Assembly: GCA_963751275.1 (NCBI GenBank)
Contig: CAVVTZ010000007.1
Span: 384,001-448,000 of the forward strand
DNA from: an uncultured Gemmatimonadaceae bacterium
GTDB taxonomy: Bacteria > Gemmatimonadota > Gemmatimonadetes > Gemmatimonadales > Gemmatimonadaceae
Length of the DNA: 64,000 bases
Direction: 5' to 3'
Below, in pieces: positions 35,392 through 44,674 of this stretch (position 1 is its first letter; each line of letters opens with the position of its first letter). Under the pieces are notes generated by a model. The model did not search any database and was not told the origin of the DNA. It was given only the letters and a program-made list of their open reading frames with translations. Position numbers and translations under genes: made by a program.

Positions 35392-37035
35392 TCAGAACCG
35401 GTAGCTGAGACTCGCGTACAGCTGGTCGTTGCTCTCGAGGCCACCGGTCGTGCGCATTGCGGAGATCAGCAGGTACCACGACCGCGTGAGCCCCACGTCC
35501 GCGTCGAGGCCGAACCACCGCACCATGGTCTGCGGCACGGTCGTGGAGTCGGTGGCCACGATGCGCGGATCGTGCTCCTGCCGCAGGCCGCCGTTGAGCT
35601 CCAGCCGCAGCCGCCACACGGGGCTGAATCCCACGTTGCCCGCATAGAGCCACCCATCGATGGTCTGGCTCGTGTACTTCGTGGTGCGCAGTCGCACGGT
35701 GCCCTGCATCGCGAAGTTCGTCGCGATCCAGCCCGTGTACGACGACGCGGCGCCGTACGCCCCGCCCAGACTCTGCCGCGCATCGCCGCCGATGTGCAGC
35801 GCGCGCATCGGTGCGATCGAGATCCCGCCCCACATCCCCTCGCGGAAGCTGTCGTCGAACGACGTCTCGGGGCTCACGTAGTCGCGGTACAGGATCACGT
35901 TGCGCCGGTTGTCGAAGCCGCCGTACAGACTCACGAAGTCGGTCACCTGCAGCTGCGCAGTGGCGAAGGTGCTCGTGGGCGCGAGCGTGGGCAGTCCCAT
36001 CGCGGCCTTCCATCCGCGATTGTAGTCCACCTCCTGCGTGGCATACAGAGTGAACCGGCGGTCGGAGAAGAACGCCTGCGCGAAGAGGAACTCGCGATTG
36101 AGCGCGCTGCCGTCGTACGAGCCAATGCCGCCCACGGTGAAGGCCCATTGCGCCGCGCCGCCATTCGCGCTGAGCGGCGAAACGGGCGCCTGGTGGATCT
36201 GCACGTAGCCGCCGTACTGTCGTATCTGGCTCGAATAGCCCATGGTGAGCGGATCGGGTTGGGATCCGCCGAAGGCACCGAAGCTCCAGTGCTGCTTCAC
36301 CAGCTCCGCCGTCGCACCGTCGAACAGGCTCACGCTCGAGAGCGCCGACACGTATTGACGCCCCACGGTCATGTGGGCGCCGGACGCCGCGTCCACCCAC
36401 GTCACCGCCGCCTGGTAGACGCGCAGCGCGTCGTCGCTGGTCGTCGTGCCGTCGGGGAGCACGGTGTACGTGCGCCGGCTGCGCGTGTCCAGCGCGAAGA
36501 AGATCGGTGAGCCATTCACCGCCGCGCCGAACAGACTCAGCTCCAATCCCGGCTGTGAGATCCGTCCCGTCGCCGAGTCGCGGCCGGCCACCAGTTGGTA
36601 CGTGACGCCGATCCGCCCGCGGATCCCGAGATCCTTCAGCCGGCTGGGCGGCGGCGCGCCCGACGCCCGCGCCTGCGCCACCTTCACGCTGTCCGCCGGG
36701 AGCTTCGAGAAGCGCACGCTGTCATAGACATTCACCGCCGAGGCGCCGCTCGCGACCTCGCACGCCGCCGAATGCGACGAGAGATACTGCACCTTGAGTT
36801 CCGCGATCACGGCGCCGGCGCGCAGCACCACTACGCGGCTCCCATGCCACACGCCGTCGCGGCTGCCGGCCGAGATGTACACCGACTGCCCGGAGACGTA
36901 CGACACCATCGTCGCGCCGGAGAGCGAGTCGGGGAGCGGCGCCGGCGCGGCGCCGCTGTTCACCGCCTGCGCCGCCACGGCGGGCGCGACGAGCGCCGCC
37001 GCGAACGCGAGCTGCCGCACGACGCGCGCGCTCAT
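35392..37035 (-). CDS. Putative outer-membrane beta-barrel (porin partner of multiheme cytochromes)
   Basis: Signal peptide, small N-terminal beta domain, many amphipathic strands, terminal LYASLSYRF beta-signal; ATGA overlap with the cytochrome gene. Confidence 0.72.
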   Translation of the reverse strand: MSARVVRQLAFAAALVAPAVAAQAVNSGAAPAPLPDSLSGATMVSYVSGQSVYISAGSRDGVWHGSRVVVLRAGAVIAELKVQYLSSHSAACEVASGASAVNVYDSVRFSKLPADSVKVAQARASGAPPPSRLKDLGIRGRIGVTYQLVAGRDSATGRISQPGLELSLFGAAVNGSPIFFALDTRSRRTYTVLPDGTTTSDDALRVYQAAVTWVDAASGAHMTVGRQYVSALSSVSLFDGATAELVKQHWSFGAFGGSQPDPLTMGYSSQIRQYGGYVQIHQAPVSPLSANGGAAQWAFTVGGIGSYDGSALNREFLFAQAFFSDRRFTLYATQEVDYNRGWKAAMGLPTLAPTSTFATAQLQVTDFVSLYGGFDNRRNVILYRDYVSPETSFDDSFREGMWGGISIAPMRALHIGGDARQSLGGAYGAASSYTGWIATNFAMQGTVRLRTTKYTSQTIDGWLYAGNVGFSPVWRLRLELNGGLRQEHDPRIVATDSTTVPQTMVRWFGLDADVGLTRSWYLLISAMRTTGGLESNDQLYASLSYRF

Positions 37036-38513
37036 CCGGCCCGTCCGCGCGGATGGCAGCTGTAGCACGCCTGGCTGTCATAGCGGTAGCCCGACACTCC
37101 GTGATGATTGTTGTTCGTGCTGGTCTGTGAGTGACAGCCGTTGATGCACGAGAAGACGACGTAGTTCGCCGGGTTCGTGTGGCAGGTGGCGCAGCTGCTC
37201 CACCGGCCGTTGTGCGCGCCGGAATAGATCGGGAAGAAGCTCGCGTCGTGATTGAAGGTGGCGCCGAGCCAGGTGGACGTCGTGTGGCAGTTCTGACACG
37301 CCGTGGGGAATCCCGCCGCCGCGTGCGCCGGATTGTTCGTGCCGTTGTAATCGGTGAGGTGGCAGGACACGCACGTCGTCGGCTTGCCGGCGTATACGCC
37401 GTCGCTGTGACAGGCGGTGCAGGCCAGCGGGATGTGCGCGCCGGTGAGCGGGAAGAGCGTCTTCGAATGGTCGAACACCGCGCCCGTCCACGTCGTGGTG
37501 GAGTGGCACGTCTCGCACGTCGTACCGAAGCCGGACGCGCTGTGGCTGGGCGTCGCGGTGTTGTAATCGTTGAGATGGCACGACACGCACGTCGTCGGCT
37601 TCCCCTTGTAGACGTTGTCCGAGTGGCACGCCGAGCAGATGAGCGCGAGGTGCGCGCCGGTCAGCGGGAAGAGCGTCTTCTGGTGGTCGAAGGCCGCGTC
37701 GGTCCAGCGCACCGTACTGTGGCAATCGAGGCACTCGGTGGGGAAGCCGGCCGGCGCGTGGGCGGGCGACGCCGTGCCATTGTAATCGGTGAGGTGGCAG
37801 GAGACGCAGGTCGTCGGCTTCCCCTTGTACACGCCGTCGCCGTGGCACGCGCTGCATTGCACGGCCAGATGCGCGCCGGTGAGCGGAAAGAGCGTGGCCG
37901 AATGATTGAACGTCGAGCGGTCCCACGTCACGGTCGTGTGGCAGGCTTCGCATACCGTGGGGAATCCGGCCGCCTGGTGCGGAGGGTTCACGGTGGCGAC
38001 GTACGCGGGCATGTGGCAGGCCATGCATTCCACCGGCCGTCCGACGAACGTCATGTGCCCCTGCTGCACGGGCGGGTGGCACGACATGCAATCCGCCATC
38101 ACGTGCGCGCCGGTGAGCGGGAAGCGCGTGGTCTGGTGCCGCTGGTTCATGACCGACCGGTCGAGGAAGTTCCTCGGCGAGTGGCACAGCGCGCAGTTCG
38201 ATCCGAGCTCGCCGCGGTGGATGTCCTGGTGGCAGTCCGCGCACTTGGTGCTCGTGCCCTTGAACGTGAGCGACGTGTGGCACGCGCGGCAGTTCGTCTG
38301 CGCGTGGGCCCCCTCCAGCGGGAATTGCTTGGGCGCGTGCTTGAAGCCGGCGCTGATCTTCGCCGGCTTCCAGGCGTCGGGACTGTGGCACGACGCGCAC
38401 GGCTCCTTGAGCTCGCCGTGCGGGTTCGTGACGGTCTGCTGCGCGGGCGCGGACGGCGCCGCGCCGAGCACGCACGCGGTGGCGGCGAGCGCCAGGATGA
38501 TCGCACGGGTCAT
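37032..38513 (-). CDS. Multiheme cytochrome c, 493 aa, 18 CxxCH plus 1 CxxxCH
   Basis: Motifs counted manually; signal peptide; 72-73 aa tri-heme repeats. Confidence 0.93.
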   Translation of the reverse strand: MTRAIILALAATACVLGAAPSAPAQQTVTNPHGELKEPCASCHSPDAWKPAKISAGFKHAPKQFPLEGAHAQTNCRACHTSLTFKGTSTKCADCHQDIHRGELGSNCALCHSPRNFLDRSVMNQRHQTTRFPLTGAHVMADCMSCHPPVQQGHMTFVGRPVECMACHMPAYVATVNPPHQAAGFPTVCEACHTTVTWDRSTFNHSATLFPLTGAHLAVQCSACHGDGVYKGKPTTCVSCHLTDYNGTASPAHAPAGFPTECLDCHSTVRWTDAAFDHQKTLFPLTGAHLALICSACHSDNVYKGKPTTCVSCHLNDYNTATPSHSASGFGTTCETCHSTTTWTGAVFDHSKTLFPLTGAHIPLACTACHSDGVYAGKPTTCVSCHLTDYNGTNNPAHAAAGFPTACQNCHTTSTWLGATFNHDASFFPIYSGAHNGRWSSCATCHTNPANYVVFSCINGCHSQTSTNNNHHGVSGYRYDSQACYSCHPRGRAG

Positions 38514-40519
38514 GGGCGGACCGGTTGAGTGTGGCAGCTCTCGCACTTCGGCGAGAGGCCGCGGTAATCGATCGACGCGCGCGGTGCGCCGGGCGGCGGT
38601 TTGTGGCAGCCGGCGCACGGGACCTTCGCGTGCGCTCCGGTGAGCGCGAACGACGCGTCGCGGTCGTGATCGAAGCGCACGGCGGGCACGAACGCATCGA
38701 GCCCGTGACAGCTCTCGCATCCGCCGGCCGCGCGGCGCTTCGCGAACTGATCGCCGTGCGGGTCAGTGTGGCACGCGACGCACCCGTCGTGCCGCGCCGC
38801 GAACGTGATCGTGGCCGGCGCCTTCGCAAGGATGAGCGTGGACTTGAACGGCGCGGCCTTCATGTCGGTGTGGCAACTCACGCACGGCACCGCGAGATGC
38901 GCCCCCGCGAGCGGGAACGCCGACTTCGCGTGCGCGGCGGCGTCGAACGTCGAGGGCCGGAAGTGCTTCGTGTCATGGCACGCCGCGCAGGTCGCGTACA
39001 GCTTCGCCTCGTCCGCGCGCGTGAAACGCCCGCCGTGCGCATCCAGGTGGCATGCGGCACACGACGTCTCCGGCACCTTGAACGCGACTCTCGCCTTGCC
39101 GAGCCGCTCGGGCGCCGCGAGCGGCGGCAGCCCTGCGCGTCCCACCGAGTGGCACGCCCCGCACGGGATCTCGGCGTGCCGGCCGTCGAGCGCGAGCTTG
39201 AGCGAGGCGTGCGCCTTCGTGGTGTACGTCGTCGGCGTCCAGCCGGCGACCTTGTGGCACGCTTCGCACGCGCCCTTGTCGGAGCGTAATGCGAGCTGGC
39301 CCGCATGATCGTCGGCGTGACAATCGCGGCACACGGCGCGCGCGGGCCGCATTTCGATCTGCTTCCGCGATGCGCCCGCCACCGTCACCGTGCGCGTCGC
39401 GTGGCACGCACCGCACTTCACGGCGGCGTGCTTCCCCTCCAGCGGATACGCGCTCTTCGCGTGCTGCGCCACGGTGTACGTACTCGGGCGGTAACCCTCC
39501 ACGGTGTGGCAGGCGTCGCAGTCCACCGTTCGGCCGGCGAGCGTCGCCTTGCCGGCGTGCACATTGGCGTGGCATCCGTTGCAGCTGCCGAATGCGGGAT
39601 GCATCCCCTGGCTCGGGAATCCGATGTGACAGCTCGCGCACGCGACCGTGGCGTGCCGGCCGCGGAGCGGATAGCGCGTCGCATCGTGATCGAAGGTCTT
39701 CCGGTTGATCGTCTGGAAGCTCGACGTCACGTGACACTTGTCGCACGCCCCGGCGAGGCGCCCCTTGTGCGGGTCCGCGTGACAGTCGGCGCAGTCCGCA
39801 TGGCTCACCGGCTTGAACACCGGGATCAGCGCGCCCTGGTCGTTCGTGCGCGGCGCGAGGCGCGCGGCCGTGTGGCACTTGGCGCACGGCACGTCCGCAT
39901 GCTTGCCCGTGAGCGGATACGCCGAGCTGTCGTGATCGAATCCGCTCGCCGGTTTCCATCCCGTCATCACGTGGCAGGTGAGACACTTGGCGCCGAGCGC
40001 CTTGCGGTGCGGGTCCTCATGGCACGAGAGGCAATCGGTCTCGAGGCCCACCCAGCCGGCGCCGTGCGTGCGCGGCGACAGCGCGGCCACGGGCGATGTG
40101 CGGAATGCCGTCTTGTGGCACGACGCGCATTTCAGATCCGCGTGCTTGCCCTCGAGCGGCCAGCCCGCTTGCCGGTGGTCGAACCGCTCAGCGGAGCCGT
40201 CGGGCCACTTGATGAGGGAGAAGTCCGTGCCGGCGTGATCCGGATGGCAGCTCGCGCACGCCGCCTTCGCGTTGCGCGCGTGCAGTCCGCGTCCGCTCTC
40301 CACGAGCGCGGGGATCTCCTTGTGACAGCTCACGCACGCCTGGTTCATCGCGCCGCTCCTCGTGCCGTGACACTTCGTGCAGTTCAGCGAGCCTTCGAGT
40401 TCCGCATGCGGCTTCGCCAGCGGACCGGGCGAGATCTGCGCCCGGAGCGCGAACGGCACCGCCACCATCGCGAGCAGCACGCAGGCCGCCCGCACCGCGC
40501 TACCCGGCTTGAGCGACAT
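38510..40519 (-). CDS. Multiheme cytochrome c, 669 aa, 23 CxxCH
   Basis: Motifs counted manually; signal peptide ending LRA-Q; FDH...PL.G.H...CxxCH repeats. Confidence 0.93.
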   Translation of the reverse strand: MSLKPGSAVRAACVLLAMVAVPFALRAQISPGPLAKPHAELEGSLNCTKCHGTRSGAMNQACVSCHKEIPALVESGRGLHARNAKAACASCHPDHAGTDFSLIKWPDGSAERFDHRQAGWPLEGKHADLKCASCHKTAFRTSPVAALSPRTHGAGWVGLETDCLSCHEDPHRKALGAKCLTCHVMTGWKPASGFDHDSSAYPLTGKHADVPCAKCHTAARLAPRTNDQGALIPVFKPVSHADCADCHADPHKGRLAGACDKCHVTSSFQTINRKTFDHDATRYPLRGRHATVACASCHIGFPSQGMHPAFGSCNGCHANVHAGKATLAGRTVDCDACHTVEGYRPSTYTVAQHAKSAYPLEGKHAAVKCGACHATRTVTVAGASRKQIEMRPARAVCRDCHADDHAGQLALRSDKGACEACHKVAGWTPTTYTTKAHASLKLALDGRHAEIPCGACHSVGRAGLPPLAAPERLGKARVAFKVPETSCAACHLDAHGGRFTRADEAKLYATCAACHDTKHFRPSTFDAAAHAKSAFPLAGAHLAVPCVSCHTDMKAAPFKSTLILAKAPATITFAARHDGCVACHTDPHGDQFAKRRAAGGCESCHGLDAFVPAVRFDHDRDASFALTGAHAKVPCAGCHKPPPGAPRASIDYRGLSPKCESCHTQPVRP

Positions 40520-41936
40520 CCGGCTCGAGCGGGATCTCCTTCTGCACCATGCGCACGCCCATCCGCTCGAGGAACGCGGAAGGGGGATCGCCGCCGATGC
40601 GGATGATCACGTCGTCATTCGGGAGGATCAGCGCTTCGCCCGCGGCGTCGAGCACCACCACATCGCCGCGGATCTCGCGCACGGTGCTGTTCAACACCAC
40701 GTGCACGGTGCCGAGTTCGACCGCGCGGTCGAGCTTCTGCCGCAGCCGATCCTTGAGGCGCGCGAAGCGGTCTCCTCGATAGCTGAGCGTGACCGTCGTG
40801 CCCGCCTGGTTCGCGAGGCCGAGCACGGTCTCCACCGCCGTGTCGCCGCCGCCCACGACCAGCACATGCCGCTTCGCGAAATCCTCCATCTCCGCCACGT
40901 CGTAGAAGACCTTCCCCAGCTCCTCGCCGGGCACGCCGAGGCGGCGCGCCGTTCCGCGCCGCCCCATCGCGAGCACCACATGCCGCGCGCGGTACTCGTG
41001 CTCGCCCGCGCGCAGACGGAAGAGCCAGCCCTGCCGCGTGATGTCCTCCACGCGGCGCTCGGTCTCCACGCGAAGACCGGTGGTCGCGACGATCTCCTCC
41101 CACGCCTGGAGCAGCGCTTCTTTCGATCCGTCGGCGACATAGAGGTCGCCGTACATCGGGATGTTCAGCGGCTCCGCGAAGAGGAGTTTGTGCCGCGGAT
41201 ACTTCCGCACGCTGTCGGCGAGCGACCCCTGCTCGAGCACCACATAGGTCAGCCCCGAGCGCAGCGCCTCGAGACCGGCGCTGAGTCCCGCGGGTCCCGA
41301 GCCCACGATCGCGACATCGACGGTCGCGTCCGTCGCGACCGGCATCGCGCCGGCGCTCACGGCGCGGCGCACGTGCTCCATCGCGACCTTCCCCTCGTTG
41401 ATCGCGTTCTTGATCAGACCGCGGCCGCCCAGCTCACCCACGATGTACAAGCCGGGAATGTTCGTCTCGAAATTCCCATCGACTTGCGGCACGACCACGC
41501 GGTTCACGGCGGCGCCCGCGGACATCGCGATCGCGCCCACCGGGCACGCGGTCGCGCACTCGCCGTGCCCCACGCAGTGCGCGGCGTCCACGACGGCGAG
41601 CTTGCCTCGCATCGTGATCGCGTTGGGCTCCGGGCAGGCATGCACGCACGTCCCGCATCCGACGCACATGTCCGAGCGCACGTGCGCGCGCATCGCGCCG
41701 CCGGCGTCGTCCGCCGCGTCGGGCGCGACCGCCGCGGCCACGACGTCGAACAGCTGCAACGGTACCCGGCAGCCAGGGCACACCACCGCACCCGCCGGCA
41801 CCGCGGCCCGGCATCGCGGGCACGCGGCGATGCGCGGCCGTGCCGGACGCGCCGCCGCGGAGCCGGCCGGCTTCCGCAGGTGGAAGTAGACCGACAGCGA
41901 GGTGATCACCAGGAACCCGAGCGTGGTCCAGAGCAT
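40500..41936 (-). CDS. Membrane-anchored 2x[4Fe-4S] FAD/NAD(P)H oxidoreductase (TrxR/FNR-like)
   Basis: N-terminal TM; CPRC..CPGC ribbon; CVGCGTCVHACP and CVGHGECATACP; GSGPAG; GGGDTA...SYR. Confidence 0.85.
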   Translation of the reverse strand: MLWTTLGFLVITSLSVYFHLRKPAGSAAARPARPRIAACPRCRAAVPAGAVVCPGCRVPLQLFDVVAAAVAPDAADDAGGAMRAHVRSDMCVGCGTCVHACPEPNAITMRGKLAVVDAAHCVGHGECATACPVGAIAMSAGAAVNRVVVPQVDGNFETNIPGLYIVGELGGRGLIKNAINEGKVAMEHVRRAVSAGAMPVATDATVDVAIVGSGPAGLSAGLEALRSGLTYVVLEQGSLADSVRKYPRHKLLFAEPLNIPMYGDLYVADGSKEALLQAWEEIVATTGLRVETERRVEDITRQGWLFRLRAGEHEYRARHVVLAMGRRGTARRLGVPGEELGKVFYDVAEMEDFAKRHVLVVGGGDTAVETVLGLANQAGTTVTLSYRGDRFARLKDRLRQKLDRAVELGTVHVVLNSTVREIRGDVVVLDAAGEALILPNDDVIIRIGGDPPSAFLERMGVRMVQKEIPLEPDVAQAG

Positions 41937-41941
41937 GCGCG

Positions 41942-42976
41942 CTACCGGAACCAGGTGGCGCCCAGCCACACCACCACCGCCACGTGGATCACCACCGCCA
42001 CCAGCGCGGTGATCGCGAAGGGCCGGTGCGCCACGTGCCAGAAGCGGAACACCTTGTGCGTCGCGTCGAGCATGCGCGCCTGCTGCTCGAGCGCCATCTC
42101 CCGGCTCGCCAGCGCCACCACCTGCTTCAGCGCGGCGCGCTCGGCGGCGCGGTTCTTGTGACGCTGCACCTTGAAGGAGAAGGAGCCTTCGTCCATCAGC
42201 TTGGTCCAGCGCCGGCGCAACTCGCGCGTCATCCGCCAGCGCGCGAAGTCGTTCGTGAGGAGTTGCGCGAAGGCGCGGCCGGCGCCGGTGGACGACGGCA
42301 GCGTCGCGCCGATCGCGAGCGTGCGCTCCACGGTCGGCACATCGACGCCGAGCGCTTCGGCGATCTCCTCGACGATCGCGCGGCGGCGGCCGGCCACTTC
42401 GTCGCGCGTCAGCTCCACGCCGGTCTTGCTGCGCGGGATCCGCACGTACAGGTAGCGCCCGACGATGCCGCTCGCGACCACCACCATCATGGAGAGGAAG
42501 CCGAGACCGATGAGTCCCTCGAAGCGCCACGCGGCGTGGATCGCGAGCAGCAGGGGCAGGCCGAGCGCGACCAGGATGTGCACGTCGAGCCACTTCGCCA
42601 CGGTGCCGGTCCACGCGAGCGACTTGTACTTCTTGCGCAGGGGGTAGAGCCAGAGGAAGAGAAAGATCGCGAGCGCGAGAATGCCGGCCGACTGGCCGAT
42701 GTACCCCGACGGGCGGAGCCATACGTGGAGCGGCGAACGCACGCGCTCCGCGGGCGACAGCGAGTAATAGCGCCAACCCGCGATGTTCGCGGCGGCGAGC
42801 ACGCCGAGGATGATGGCGAGCCACGGCCCGCCGCCGGCGCGTGCCTCGGCGCGCTCGCGCGGCGGTCTCGCCGGTCGCGGCGACGCCGATGGGTTCGCGG
42901 TGGTTCCCGGCGCGGCGGGGATGCGCAGGTCTCGCGGAGGGATGTTGGCCCTCGCGAGATTGGAGCGTTCAGTCAT
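41942..42976 (-). CDS. Inner-membrane protein, putative di-heme cytochrome b (ferric-reductase-like)
   Basis: About 5 TM; two helices each carry a His pair 14 residues apart (HILVALGLPLLLAIH, HRPFAITALVAVVIH). Confidence 0.7.
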   Translation of the reverse strand: MTERSNLARANIPPRDLRIPAAPGTTANPSASPRPARPPRERAEARAGGGPWLAIILGVLAAANIAGWRYYSLSPAERVRSPLHVWLRPSGYIGQSAGILALAIFLFLWLYPLRKKYKSLAWTGTVAKWLDVHILVALGLPLLLAIHAAWRFEGLIGLGFLSMMVVVASGIVGRYLYVRIPRSKTGVELTRDEVAGRRRAIVEEIAEALGVDVPTVERTLAIGATLPSSTGAGRAFAQLLTNDFARWRMTRELRRRWTKLMDEGSFSFKVQRHKNRAAERAALKQVVALASREMALEQQARMLDATHKVFRFWHVAHRPFAITALVAVVIHVAVVVWLGATWFR

Positions 42977-43038
42977 CGCCTTCGTGGCTCGGGAAGTGCG
43001 CGACGCCGCGGATCGGCGTGGCTTCGATCCCCTTTCAT

Positions 43039-43054
43039 TGCAATGGGTGGGCCT
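43039..43054 (-). promoter_or_regulatory. Candidate sigma54 (-24/-12) promoter of the cytochrome operon
   Basis: Minus strand AGGCCCACCCATTGCA = GG-N10-GC with TTGCA. Confidence 0.45.
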
Positions 43055-43160
43055 CGGCGATCCGCTCTATACCGAGCTGTCAAATCATTGTGGCGCAACG
43101 CTTTGAATAAGCACGGCCGCGTGATCATGCTCTACGCGGTAAGACGCGGCGTTGCAGGGC

Positions 43161-43177
43161 TGTACCGAAACGGTACA
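43161..43177. promoter_or_regulatory. Palindromic transcription-factor site
   Basis: TGTACCG-AAA-CGGTACA in the divergent intergenic region. Confidence 0.55.
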
Positions 43178-43335
43178 ACACCAATTGTGCGGTGGATTTG
43201 CGGGTTAAAAGTGACGCGATATTGTCGCGAAACTGCCAAGCCCCTCGTCGCACCGATCTGGAGGCCTCTGTCGCCTAGCCGAATGTCATTGCCGGCGCCC
43301 ATACTTGGCGCCGTCGATTCACTCCGAGGCCGCTG

Positions 43336-44529
43336 ATGCCGTTCGTCCGCACCCGTCTTTCCGCGATGATGTTCCTCCAGTATTTCGTCTGGGGAGCGTG
43401 GTTCGTCACGATGGGCACCTACCTCGGCACGACGCTGAAGTTCAGCGGCGCCGAGATCGGGCTCGCGTACGGCGCGACCGCGATCGCCGCGATGATCTCG
43501 CCCTTCTTCGTGGGCATGTTCGCGGACCGGTTCTTCGCGAGCGAGAAGCTGCTCGCGGTGCTGCATCTCCTGGGCGGCGCGCTCCTCTGGCTCGCATCGC
43601 GCGCGGGCACCTTCAGCACGTTCTATCCGCTGATCATCGCGTACGCGCTGTGCTACATGCCGACGCTCGCGCTTTCGAACTCGATCTCCTTCGACCACAT
43701 CGGCGACCCGCAGCGCGATTTCCCGCGCATCCGCGTGCTGGGGACGATCGGGTGGATCGCTGCGGGTCTTGCGGTGGGCCGGCTCGGCCTCGAAGCGACC
43801 GCCGTGCCGATGCAGCTCGCCGCGGGCGCCTCGGTGCTGCTCGGCGTCTTCTCGCTCGCGCTGCCGCACACGCCGCCGCATGCTGCCGGCAAATCGCTCG
43901 CCGTGCGCGATGTCCTCGGCCTCGACGCGCTCTCACTCATGAAGGATCGCTCCTTCGCGACGTTCGTGATCGGCTCGCTGCTGCTCTGCATCCCGCTGCA
44001 GTTCTACTACGCGTTCACGAATCTCTTTCTCAACGAGATCCATCTCGCGGAGCCCGCGACGAAGATGACGCTTGGTCAGGCTTCGGAGATCGGCTTCATG
44101 CTGCTCTTGCCGTGGTTCCTCACGCGCATGGGCGTGAAGCGCATCCTGTTGCTGGGCATGGCCGCCTGGGCGCTGCGGTATTTCTTCTTCGCGCAGGGCA
44201 ACGCGGGCTCGCTGGTGTGGATGCTCTACGCCGGCATCCTGTTGCATGGCGTGTGCTACGATTTCTTCTTCGTGACCGGACAGATATACGTGGACCAGCG
44301 CGCCGGTCTCGCGGTGCGCGCGGCGGCGCAGGGATTCCTCGCGTTCATCACGCAGGGCGTGGGACTGTTCATAGGCGCGTGGGCGTCGGGTGCCGTGGTG
44401 GATGCATATCGCACGGCGGATGGGGGGCACGATTGGCACGCGATATGGCTCGTACCGTCGGCGGGGGCGCTGACCATCCTGCTGGTGTTCGCGTTCCTCT
44501 TCCGGCCGCAGCCGCGCGTTGCGGCTTAG
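43336..44529 (+). CDS. MFS transporter, NupG/XapB nucleoside-permease family
   Basis: [48 protein letters not shown]. Confidence 0.9.
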   Translation: MPFVRTRLSAMMFLQYFVWGAWFVTMGTYLGTTLKFSGAEIGLAYGATAIAAMISPFFVGMFADRFFASEKLLAVLHLLGGALLWLASRAGTFSTFYPLIIAYALCYMPTLALSNSISFDHIGDPQRDFPRIRVLGTIGWIAAGLAVGRLGLEATAVPMQLAAGASVLLGVFSLALPHTPPHAAGKSLAVRDVLGLDALSLMKDRSFATFVIGSLLLCIPLQFYYAFTNLFLNEIHLAEPATKMTLGQASEIGFMLLLPWFLTRMGVKRILLLGMAAWALRYFFFAQGNAGSLVWMLYAGILLHGVCYDFFFVTGQIYVDQRAGLAVRAAAQGFLAFITQGVGLFIGAWASGAVVDAYRTADGGHDWHAIWLVPSAGALTILLVFAFLFRPQPRVAA

Positions 44530-44540
44530 GCATCTGGAAC

Positions 44541-44672
44541 GAGCAACAAACTGCTTTGACAGGATGACAGGATGAACAGGACAAGGACGGGATGACGGCC
44601 TGATCGCGATCAGGCCGTCATCCCGTCCTTGTCCTGTTCATCCTGTCATCCTGTCAAAGCAGTTTGTTGCTC
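44541..44672. repeat. 132-bp perfect palindrome with ACAGGATG-type subrepeats
   Basis: 66-bp arms, no spacer, between convergent genes; related to 63471-63610. Confidence 0.9.
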
Positions 44673-44674
44673 CT

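Noticed and set aside
37032..40519. Naming the cytochromes MtrA/MtrC or OmcS
   Set aside because: Heme counts (19 and 23) and the tri-heme repeat pattern do not match those decaheme or hexaheme proteins
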